From the NCBI GenBank assembly GCA_964519305.1, contig CAZFHY010000019.1:7351-71350 (forward strand): 64,000 bases of DNA. The letters are read 5' to 3'. A model generated the notes under the pieces. That model saw only the letters and a program-made list of their open reading frames with translations, was not told where the DNA came from and did no database searches. The DNA comes from Candidatus Undinarchaeota archaeon. GTDB taxonomy: Archaea; SpSt-1190; JASMDC01. Of this stretch, positions 9,960-17,850 are shown piece after piece (the first letter of the stretch is position 1; each line of letters begins with the position of its first letter). Made by a program: the position numbers and the translations under genes.

Positions 9960-11147
9960 CTACTTTCTCAAGCTCTCCACGGGGTGGAGCTGGGCCGCCT
10001 GCCACGCGGGCATTACCCCCGACAGGCTGCCGGTGAGGAACGAGAAGCCAAGTGCTGTGCCGATGAGACCTGGTGTGATGTAGAGGTGGAGGATGAAGCC
10101 GGCGGCCCCGGCTCCCGCCTGGGCGAGGAGGGCGAACGAAAGCCCCACGGCCACCCCCAGAAGCCCCCCCACGAGTCCCAGAAGGCCCGACTCGATAAGG
10201 AAGATGGCGAGGATGTCGCCGTTGCGGGCGCCCACGGCCTTGAGTATACCGATCTCCCGCTGGCGCTCCATCACCGATGTGTACATGGTGTTCATGATGC
10301 CGATGCCCCCCACCACCAGGGCGATGGAGGCAACACCAACGAACAGCACCTGGATGGCGAGCATGATCCCTCCCATGAGGTCCATCATCTGGTTGGCGGT
10401 CTGGACCGAGAAGTCCGCCTGGCCCCGGAAGTCCTCCAGCTCCTCCTTGATGTCCTCGGCCACCTTGGCGGGATCGAGGCCGGGGCGGACAATGGCTATG
10501 ACATTGGACACCTCCTCGGGCTTGTCCATGAGCACCCGTGCCATGTCCTTGGTGATGTAGACCTGGGCGTCGTCCTGGGAGTTTCCCATGCTCTCGAGTA
10601 TCCCGACGACCTTGAAACGGTGGCCCTCCACAACAATGTTGGAGCGCAGGGGCACCGGTTTGTCGAAGAAGCCCTCGGCGATCCTGGAGCCTATGACTAT
10701 GTTGGAGCGGTCGGCGGGATTGAGCATCCGTCCCGCCGACACATCAAAGCCCATTCGGTGGAAGAAGAACTCTATGTCCTTTGCGTCGATACCGAGGAGG
10801 AAGGTGATGTACTTCTCCTGGCCGTGCTCGAGGTTGGCGGCGCCCGAGAGCATACCGAACGCCCGGTCCACGCCCCGGACCCGGTCCACCACCTTGATGT
10901 CGCGCTCGGTGAGCGCCCCCGCGGAGACACCGAAGCTTCCCATCCCCCCCTCACCTGTGAGGATCATCACCATGTCGGTCCCCATGCGCTCGAACTGCTC
11001 GTCCATGTAGCCCTCCAGCCCCTTGGTGATGGAGATAAGGCTCACGACTGCCGCCACGGCGATGAACACCCCCAGGACGGTCAGCCAGGAGCGAAGCCCC
11101 CGCCTAGTCAGGTTCCGTACCGCGATGATGAAGTATTCGCCAATCAT
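9960..11147 (-). CDS. ABC transporter permease, FtsX/MacB family (copy 3, most divergent)
   Basis: N-terminal TM helix, a large extracytoplasmic domain (MacB periplasmic-domain-like), and a C-terminal FtsX 3-TM bundle (GIMNTMYTSVMERQREIGILKAVGA). Confidence 0.85.
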   Translation of the reverse strand: MIGEYFIIAVRNLTRRGLRSWLTVLGVFIAVAAVVSLISITKGLEGYMDEQFERMGTDMVMILTGEGGMGSFGVSAGALTERDIKVVDRVRGVDRAFGMLSGAANLEHGQEKYITFLLGIDAKDIEFFFHRMGFDVSAGRMLNPADRSNIVIGSRIAEGFFDKPVPLRSNIVVEGHRFKVVGILESMGNSQDDAQVYITKDMARVLMDKPEEVSNVIAIVRPGLDPAKVAEDIKEELEDFRGQADFSVQTANQMMDLMGGIMLAIQVLFVGVASIALVVGGIGIMNTMYTSVMERQREIGILKAVGARNGDILAIFLIESGLLGLVGGLLGVAVGLSFALLAQAGAGAAGFILHLYITPGLIGTALGFSFLTGSLSGVMPAWQAAQLHPVESLRK

Positions 11148-11156
11148 GATTATCCC

Positions 11157-12356
11157 TCACTCGTATCTCAACGCCTCCACGGGATGGAGGTTCGCTGCTT
11201 GCATGGCCGGGAGCACCCCCGAGAGGCTCCCCACCAGGAAGGAGAACCCGATGGAGCCGATCCACAGGTGGATCCCCAGGTCCGGCTGCATGGCCGAGAT
11301 GCCCGCAGCCGTTGCCCCGATGCCCATGAGCAGACCCAGGCCCGCGCCCACCATGCATCCCAGGATGCCGCCCACGGTGCCCAGCATCCCCGACTCGATG
11401 AGGAAGATAGCAAGTATGTCGCCGTTGCGTGCGCCCACGGCCTTGAGTATGCCGATCTCCTGGGTGCGCTCCAGGACGGAGGTGTACATGGTGTTCATGA
11501 TACCGATGCCGCCCACCACCAGGGAGATGGCCGCCATCCCCACGATGAGGCCCTGCATGGCCAGCATGGCGCCGGCCACCATCTCTGCCATGCCGGCCAT
11601 GGTATTGACCGCAAAATCCTCCTTGCCCCGGTGGTCCTCCAGCTCCTCCTTGATCTTGTCGGCCACCTTCTGGGGGTCGAACCCCTTCTTGGGCCTCACG
11701 TAGATCATGGAGATCTCATCCCCCACCCCCAGGACCTCCTTGCCCTTGTCCCAGGGGACGAAGAAGTTGGAGTTGTCCTCCTTGTTCCCGAAGTCCTCCA
11801 TGACCCCCACCACGGTGAAGGTGTGGCCGCGGACGTCCACCTTGCTGCGCAGGCGGACGGGCTTGTCGAACTTGTCCAGGGTGTACTCCAGGCCCACGAC
11901 GGCCGCGTCGCGGTCCGACTTCAGAAGGTCCCTGCCCTGCTCCACCTGAAACCCGAACCCCTTCCCGATGATGCCGTCCATGAGATGGTTGGGGGTGACC
12001 ACGAAGTAGCCCCGTTCCTCCTGTCCACCATGCTCGAAGGTAACCACCGTGAATATGAAGGGCGCCGCGTAGTCCACCCCACGCACCCGCTCGATGACCT
12101 TTACGTCCTTTGAGGTCATGGGCTCGATGGCCAACCCGCCCGCGCCCATGGTGCCGCCCACGCCGGGCAGGACCATGATCAGGTCGTACCCGATCTTGGA
12201 GTAGGCCTCGTCCATGTAGTTCTGGAGCCCGGCGCCCATGGACACCAGGGATACGACCGCGGCGATGCCGATGAAGATGCCGAGCACGGTGAGGAACGAC
12301 CGGGTCCCGCGACTGCGCAGGTTCCTGAACGCGATGCGGAAGTAGTCTGCGATCAT
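11157..12356 (-). CDS. ABC transporter permease, FtsX/MacB family (copy 2)
   Basis: Same architecture as copy 3. Near-identical at the protein and DNA level to 12366..13565 (FRIAFRNLRSRGTRSFLTVLGIFIGIAAVVSL...). Confidence 0.85.
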   Translation of the reverse strand: MIADYFRIAFRNLRSRGTRSFLTVLGIFIGIAAVVSLVSMGAGLQNYMDEAYSKIGYDLIMVLPGVGGTMGAGGLAIEPMTSKDVKVIERVRGVDYAAPFIFTVVTFEHGGQEERGYFVVTPNHLMDGIIGKGFGFQVEQGRDLLKSDRDAAVVGLEYTLDKFDKPVRLRSKVDVRGHTFTVVGVMEDFGNKEDNSNFFVPWDKGKEVLGVGDEISMIYVRPKKGFDPQKVADKIKEELEDHRGKEDFAVNTMAGMAEMVAGAMLAMQGLIVGMAAISLVVGGIGIMNTMYTSVLERTQEIGILKAVGARNGDILAIFLIESGMLGTVGGILGCMVGAGLGLLMGIGATAAGISAMQPDLGIHLWIGSIGFSFLVGSLSGVLPAMQAANLHPVEALRYE

Positions 12357-12365
12357 GGTCTCACC

Positions 12366-13565
12366 TCACTCATAGCGCAGCGCCTCCACGGGATGGAGGT
12401 TCGCTGCTTGCATGGCCGGGAGCAGCCCCGACGCGCTCCCCACGATGAACGAGAACGAGATGGCGCCGATCCACAGGTGGATCCCCAGGTCGGGCTGCAT
12501 GGCCGAGATGCCCGCGGATCTGGCGCCGATGCCCATGAGCAGCCCCAGGCCAACGCCCACCATGCATCCCAGGATGCCGCCCACGGTGCCCAGAAGCCCC
12601 GATTCGATGAGAAAGATCATCATGATGTCGCCGTTGCGGGCGCCCACGGCCTTGAGTATGCCGATCTCCTGGGTTCGCTCCAGGACGGAGGTATACATGG
12701 TGTTCATGATGCCGATACCGCCCACCACCAGGGAGATGGCGGCCATGCCGATGATCAGGCCCTGGACGGCAAGCATGGCGCCCATGACCATGGCGCTCAT
12801 GGTGGCCAGCGTGTTGACCGCAAAATCCTCCTTACCCCGGTGGTCCTCCAGCTCCTCGCGGATGTCTGCGGCCACCTTGTCCACGTCGAACCCCTTCTTT
12901 GCGGTCGCGTAGATCATGGAGACCTCGTCCCCCACGCCCAGGACCTCCTTGCCCTTGTCCCAGGGGACGTAGATGGTGGAGTCCTTCTGCACGGCCCCGA
13001 TGGCCTCCAGAAGGCCCACGACCTTGAAGTCGTGACCGCGGACGGTGAGCTTGCTGTGCATGGTAACGGGCTTGTCGTACATGTCGCCCACGAACTCGGT
13101 CCCGATGATGACCACGTCCCGGTCACTGGTCCGCAAGGGGCGACCCTGGGTCACGTAGTACCCGAACATCTTGCCCACCACATCGTCCGTGATGTGGTTG
13201 GGGATGACGCCGATGAATCCCTTCCGCTCCTGGCCCGCATGCTCGATGGTCACCAGGGACATGATCATCGGCATGACCAGGTCCACGCCGCGCACCCGCT
13301 CGATGATCTTGACATCCTTGCTGGTGAACGGCTCGATGGACAACCCCCCGGCGCCCATGGTACCACCCACGCCGGGCAGGATCATGATCTTGTCGTACCC
13401 CACCTTCGAGTAGGCATCGTCCATGAAGTTCCGGAGCCCGGTGCCCATGGAGATCAGGGAGACCACGGCGGCGATACCGATGAAGATACCGAGCACTGTG
13501 AGGAACGACCGGGTCCCACGACTGCGCAGGTTCCGGAACGCTATTCGGAAGTACTCGGTGAACAC
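12366..13565 (-). CDS. ABC transporter permease, FtsX/MacB family (copy 1)
   Basis: Same architecture. Tandem paralog of 11157..12356. Confidence 0.85.
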   Translation of the reverse strand: MFTEYFRIAFRNLRSRGTRSFLTVLGIFIGIAAVVSLISMGTGLRNFMDDAYSKVGYDKIMILPGVGGTMGAGGLSIEPFTSKDVKIIERVRGVDLVMPMIMSLVTIEHAGQERKGFIGVIPNHITDDVVGKMFGYYVTQGRPLRTSDRDVVIIGTEFVGDMYDKPVTMHSKLTVRGHDFKVVGLLEAIGAVQKDSTIYVPWDKGKEVLGVGDEVSMIYATAKKGFDVDKVAADIREELEDHRGKEDFAVNTLATMSAMVMGAMLAVQGLIIGMAAISLVVGGIGIMNTMYTSVLERTQEIGILKAVGARNGDIMMIFLIESGLLGTVGGILGCMVGVGLGLLMGIGARSAGISAMQPDLGIHLWIGAISFSFIVGSASGLLPAMQAANLHPVEALRYE

Positions 13566-13610
13566 GGTATCACTTCCCTACCATGGTCCTGTGCCCTCCC
13601 GGGCAGGGGC

Positions 13611-15587
13611 TCACTTGGAGCCCCTGCGCCAGAAGAAGCGGTACGCGCCGTACAGGCCACCCACGAACACCAAAAGGCCCACTACCAGACCGACGACCAT
13701 GCCGGTCCCCATGGTGAACTCGAGCCCAAGGCGCTGGATGTCCTCCGGACCATAGATGGTCAGCTCGATATCCTCCTTCAGGGTGTAGCTCTTCCTGCTC
13801 GAATCCTGGTACTCCACGGTGACCGGGAGCGCAAGCTTCCCGGGCGCAGCATCAGCCTTGACCTTGAGCTCGAACTCCGCCGTCTCGAAGTCGTCGGAGT
13901 CCATCTTGCCCACGTAGATCCGGTCCGAGGACAGGACCTCCAGGACGTCGGTGGGGGCCACATTGACCGTCAGGAACTTGATGTTCTCAGTGCCCTTGTT
14001 CACGAAGTTCAGGGTCACGGTCCCCTTCTGGCCAGCCTTGTACAGCGGCGACTTCTCCAGGCCGATCTGGATGCGCGGCACCTCGCCGGTGAGCTCACCC
14101 ACGGGGTCGCCCGCCTTGTAGAGGCGCAGGGGCACGTGCTTCTCTTCCGTGTACTGGTGGTTCTGGGTGTCGCTGAACCTCAGCTGGAGCTTGAGGTCGG
14201 ATGTTGCTCCGGCGAACTCCTCGGGCACATGGATCGAGTAGGTGATTGTGTTCTTCGCATTGGCAGCCAGGCTCTCGATGAACGTCGTGGGCGAGGAGAG
14301 GATCTTCACGCCCGCTGGTACCAGGAGCTGGGCCACCAAGGACCGTGCCTCTTCGGCGCCGGTGTTGAGCACCTCGATGGACACGTCCTGGGTTGTTCCC
14401 TTCTTGAAAAGGTCGGGGGAGGATACCCGCAGGTCGAGCCCGGGCTTGGAGCCCACCACTACGGTGACGATCCCCATCCTGGTGAAGCGCTTGCCCAGGC
14501 TGTCCAGGTAGGCGATGCCCACGGGAATCTTGTAGATGCCCGGTGCGGCTGTCCCGGCAGCGGTGATGTCGAACTGCACGGTGCCCTCGGCACCGGGCGC
14601 GAGGCTGTCGAGCACGCGCTCCGCCGACGACTGGCTCGTGGCGAAGGGGATGGTGGTCGCCGACAGGTCGAGGCCCACGGTGATGCTGCGCAGGGGCACG
14701 TCCGAGGCGCTCTTCAGGGTGAGATAGACAGTGGCGTCCCCGCCCGGAGGGATGCGAACCGGGTCGGTGGTTGTCCCTGCAACGAGCAGGTCGCGTCCGA
14801 CCGCCTTCCGCACGTTCAATGCGAGCTCGAGGTTCTTTGTGGTCGTAGCGCCTTTGCTCTTGTAGGTGAGGGTTATCGGGAGGATATAGATGCCGTCCGC
14901 ACCATCACCGATCCCCAGGGAGAGGCGCACCTTCTTTGTGGACCGGGGGCCCATGTCCCCGAGCCATCGGTTCGTCCCTGCGTTAAGGAGATAGAAGAGG
15001 CTGGTGTCCGTGGAGCCTTTGGGCGTGGTGCTGATGTCCAGTTGCACGTCCTGGGCCTTCCCGAGACCGGTATTTTCAAGGGTAAGGGCCGCTGTGGCGG
15101 TCCCACCCGGAGCGAGTTGCTCGGGTGTGAGGGCGATCTCCTTGAGCGTGAAGTCCGCACCAGACTCCACGTCGATGCTCACCTTATGGATGGTCACTTC
15201 CTCGCCCTCGGTGCACGTGTCGGGGCACGCGGCGATCTCGAGCTCGTAGGTGTCCTCCGGTGCGTCCTCGGCCACGATGACCAGGAACTTGCGGTACACC
15301 TCTGTCTTGGGCGCGAGACTACCGATATGGAACGATTCGCTCTCACCCGGTTTCATTGTGAACGGGTACTTAGGCCGCACCTCGAGCACAAGGTTATCTG
15401 CCGTGTTCTGAGCGTAGTTGTCCACCTTGATGCTCACCTCCACCTGTCGTCCGGGCTCGGCGGGCACAGGTTCATAGCTCAATCCGAGAACGCGGATGTT
15501 CGGATCCGTCGGGAGGAAGTCGGCCCCGGCCGAAAGGGCTAGAATCAGGGCGCACACGATACCGGCTGCGATCTTTTTGTCAGTCAT
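13611..15587 (-). CDS. Secreted multi-domain CARDB/COG1361-like protein with a C-terminal TM anchor (ABC-associated)
   Basis: Signal peptide, then about 5 beta-sandwich CARDB-like domains, then a C-terminal TM helix (MVVGLVVGLLVFVGGLYGAYRFFWRRG). ATGA overlap with the ATPase gene. Confidence 0.7.
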   Translation of the reverse strand: MTDKKIAAGIVCALILALSAGADFLPTDPNIRVLGLSYEPVPAEPGRQVEVSIKVDNYAQNTADNLVLEVRPKYPFTMKPGESESFHIGSLAPKTEVYRKFLVIVAEDAPEDTYELEIAACPDTCTEGEEVTIHKVSIDVESGADFTLKEIALTPEQLAPGGTATAALTLENTGLGKAQDVQLDISTTPKGSTDTSLFYLLNAGTNRWLGDMGPRSTKKVRLSLGIGDGADGIYILPITLTYKSKGATTTKNLELALNVRKAVGRDLLVAGTTTDPVRIPPGGDATVYLTLKSASDVPLRSITVGLDLSATTIPFATSQSSAERVLDSLAPGAEGTVQFDITAAGTAAPGIYKIPVGIAYLDSLGKRFTRMGIVTVVVGSKPGLDLRVSSPDLFKKGTTQDVSIEVLNTGAEEARSLVAQLLVPAGVKILSSPTTFIESLAANAKNTITYSIHVPEEFAGATSDLKLQLRFSDTQNHQYTEEKHVPLRLYKAGDPVGELTGEVPRIQIGLEKSPLYKAGQKGTVTLNFVNKGTENIKFLTVNVAPTDVLEVLSSDRIYVGKMDSDDFETAEFELKVKADAAPGKLALPVTVEYQDSSRKSYTLKEDIELTIYGPEDIQRLGLEFTMGTGMVVGLVVGLLVFVGGLYGAYRFFWRRGSK

Positions 15588-16384
15588 GATTTCTCACCTT
15601 TCTTCGTATCTGTTTTCCTTTTCTTCTTCTTTTTCTCCTCTTTTTCTGCTATCACGTCATGGTCCTCATTGTATTTCAGACGGTCGACGATAGCGCCGTC
15701 CAGGAGATAGACGATCCGCTTCGCGTATTTCGCGAGGTGGTCGTCGTGGGTCACCATGATGATGGTCTTGCCCTCCTTGTGGAGCTTGGCGAGCATGTTC
15801 ATGATGTCCCGTCCCATCTTTGAGTCCACGTTCCCGGTGGGCTCATCAGCGAGTATGATATCTGGATCGTTGCACAGCGCACGGGCGATGGCCACGCGCT
15901 GCTGCTGGCCTCCTGACAGCTCCGATGGCAGATGGTCTACGCGGTTACCCAGTTCCATCTTCTCTAACAGTTCGGAGGCCCGCTCGAATCGTTCGTCCGA
16001 GCTGTATCCCTGGAACACCATGGGCAGCATGACGTTCTCCAGGGCGGTGAGCCCCGGGATGAGATTGAACTGCTGGAATATGAACCCGATCTTCTGCCCG
16101 CGGATCTGGGCGAGGTCGCTCTCGTCCAGCTCGGCGATGTCCTGTCCTTCCAGGAGGATGGTGCCGTCAGTGGGCACGTCAAGGCAACCCACCATGTTCA
16201 TGGCGGTGCTCTTTCCCGAACCCGAGGGCCCCATGATGGCCACGAACTCTCCCTGGTGGATGACTATGTCGATCCCGCGAAGGGCATGGACGGCAGCGTC
16301 GCCCTCACCGTAGACCTTCGTGACCCCTTTGAGGACAAGGAGTGTTGTCCCCTGGTCTCTGTTGGTTTTCTCGTCCTTGGCCAT
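15584..16384 (-). CDS. ABC transporter ATP-binding protein (MacB/LolD-type)
   Basis: Walker A GPSGSGKST, signature LSGGQQQRVAIARAL, Walker B ILADEPTGNVD, H-loop MVTHD. Unusual Lys-rich C-terminal tail (EKEEKKKKKRKTDTKKGEKS). Start set at MAKDEK, which has a GGTGA SD; an upstream ATG at 16405 is also possible. Confidence 0.9.
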   Translation of the reverse strand: MAKDEKTNRDQGTTLLVLKGVTKVYGEGDAAVHALRGIDIVIHQGEFVAIMGPSGSGKSTAMNMVGCLDVPTDGTILLEGQDIAELDESDLAQIRGQKIGFIFQQFNLIPGLTALENVMLPMVFQGYSSDERFERASELLEKMELGNRVDHLPSELSGGQQQRVAIARALCNDPDIILADEPTGNVDSKMGRDIMNMLAKLHKEGKTIIMVTHDDHLAKYAKRIVYLLDGAIVDRLKYNEDHDVIAEKEEKKKKKRKTDTKKGEKS

Positions 16385-16405
16385 GGTCTCACCTTCTTCG
16401 TTCAC

Positions 16406-16981
16406 TTATCTCCTCAGGGCCACGTAGCTCGTTTCCCTAGGGATGCCGTGCTTCTTCTCAAGGAGCTCGAAGACGTCATCGAAGATCTCGAGGGTTTTTG
16501 AATACTCCTGCTCGAGCTTGCGCAGTGCGGAGATCCGGTACTCCAGGTCGGCCAGCTCCTCGGGCGAGGCCTTCAGATTCTTCGCGTTCTCCTTCAGCAC
16601 TTCGAATTCATTGGCGGCCTTGCTCACCGTGGCCCTGAGTGCGACGCACATGACAGGTAACCTCGTCAGGAAGATGAGCATGGCCTTTCCCAGCTCGAGG
16701 GTCATCACCGAGAAGTACAGCTTCTTGCTCCCGGGTCGGGTTTCCTGGTGGACCTTGTTGAGCCCCACGAGAATCTTGAGGTTGGTGGAGAGGGAAGAGA
16801 GGCTGTAGCCCGTGCGCTCTGCAAGCTCCTGCATGGTGAGGGGTTCGGGGGAGAAGATAAGGGTGAACATGATCCTGGCAAAGATAGGGGACATTCCCAT
16901 GGGGGCCATCATCGGCGTGACTACTGCCAAGATCCCCTCCTCGATGCCCTTGATCTCCGATACGAGCGTTTTCCCTGCCAT
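16406..16981 (-). CDS. GbsR/COG1510-like winged-helix transcriptional regulator (paralog 1)
   Basis: N-terminal wHTH with an ...ELAERTGYSLSSLSTNLK...ETRPGSKKLYF motif. Abuts the ABC ATPase gene. Confidence 0.6.
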   Translation of the reverse strand: MAGKTLVSEIKGIEEGILAVVTPMMAPMGMSPIFARIMFTLIFSPEPLTMQELAERTGYSLSSLSTNLKILVGLNKVHQETRPGSKKLYFSVMTLELGKAMLIFLTRLPVMCVALRATVSKAANEFEVLKENAKNLKASPEELADLEYRISALRKLEQEYSKTLEIFDDVFELLEKKHGIPRETSYVALRR

Positions 16982-17096
16982 GACATTCCCTGGATCTTCG
17001 GATTATTTATTATTTACTGTATTTTTAGTACATTCCGAATTTAAATAATTTTAGTATATATCGAAAATACCGAATATCGCTCATTGGACACCATCA
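16982..17096. promoter_or_regulatory. AT-rich intergenic promoter region with TATA-like boxes and direct repeats
   Basis: TTTAAATAA at 17040-17048 and TATATA at 17055-17060. TTTTAGTA at 17023-17030 and 17050-17057. T(T/A)CCGAAT at 17033-17040 and 17068-17075. Confidence 0.4.
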
Positions 17097-17660
17097 TCAC
17101 GTCTCCTGCTCCGTTTCCAGCTTGAGGATGAACCTTCCCAGGAGGCCCATGAGGCGCTCCATGAGCTGATAGTCGTTCTCTAATCCCCTGACCAGGTTCA
17201 TTCGTTCCTCAAGGGCCCGACCTGTCTTGGCGGAAGCGTTAGCGTCATTGGCCATCTGGGCCGCGGCCTCGTACTCCTGCCTGATGCGGGGGAGGTGCTC
17301 GAGCATGACCTTCACCTCCCGTTCGTATCCTATCTTGAGCATGCTCATGAGGACCTCGTGGAGCTGCTTGGACCGGATAGATACGTACACCTTCTTGCTA
17401 CCCGGCCTCGTCTCGCGCCGGGCGACGCCCATCCCGTCCATGATGCGTACGTTCCTGCTGAGTGTCGGGAGGCTGTACTTCGTTCGTTCTGAGAGCTCCT
17501 GCATGGATAGTGGGCCTTCGGCAAGGAATAGCTCGGCCATGATCCTGCCGGGAGCAGCGGGGAGACCGAAGCTCATGGTGACGTCGATGAAGAGCTTCAC
17601 GAACTCCTCGTCAGCGGCACGGATATGGGTATCGATATCGGATTCTGCTGGCTCGACCAT
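17097..17660 (-). CDS. GbsR/COG1510-like winged-helix transcriptional regulator (paralog 2)
   Basis: Shares the ELSERTKYSLPTLSRNV...RETRPGSKKVYV motif with 16406..16981, followed by a C-terminal coiled-coil. Confidence 0.6.
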   Translation of the reverse strand: MVEPAESDIDTHIRAADEEFVKLFIDVTMSFGLPAAPGRIMAELFLAEGPLSMQELSERTKYSLPTLSRNVRIMDGMGVARRETRPGSKKVYVSIRSKQLHEVLMSMLKIGYEREVKVMLEHLPRIRQEYEAAAQMANDANASAKTGRALEERMNLVRGLENDYQLMERLMGLLGRFILKLETEQET

Positions 17661-17850
17661 ATTGGGTTACTTATAGGCGCCCTTACTATTTATATATTTC
17701 TTAAATATGAAAAATAAGACCTAGAAGAAATGGTATGTGATTCATCTCACTTTTGTTACAAAAAAAAATCGATAGATAGCGGCCTCGTCTGGCTGGTTTC
17801 GTAAGGTTTTTAAGCGCCACAGGATAATATAACTATCGAGTGGTAACTAG
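17661..17850. promoter_or_regulatory. AT-rich divergent promoter region
   Basis: About 190 bp at ~30% GC between divergent genes. Contains TATTTATATAT and TTAAATAT TATA-like elements and an A9 run. Confidence 0.35.

Noticed and set aside
11157-13565. About 1.2 kb of near-identical DNA repeated in tandem, considered as an IS element or other mobile repeat
   Set aside because: Each copy is a complete FtsX permease gene in an operon. There are no terminal inverted repeats and no transposase. This is a tandem gene duplication, though assembly should still be verified.
9984-15542. Very long plus-strand ORFs (709 aa at 9984..12113 and 1049 aa at 12393..15542) in the six-frame track
   Set aside because: They run antisense to the three FtsX permeases and the CARDB-like gene, all of which have clear family signatures. 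The translations are His/Gly/Asp/Arg-rich low-complexity sequence of the kind high-GC antisense frames produce.
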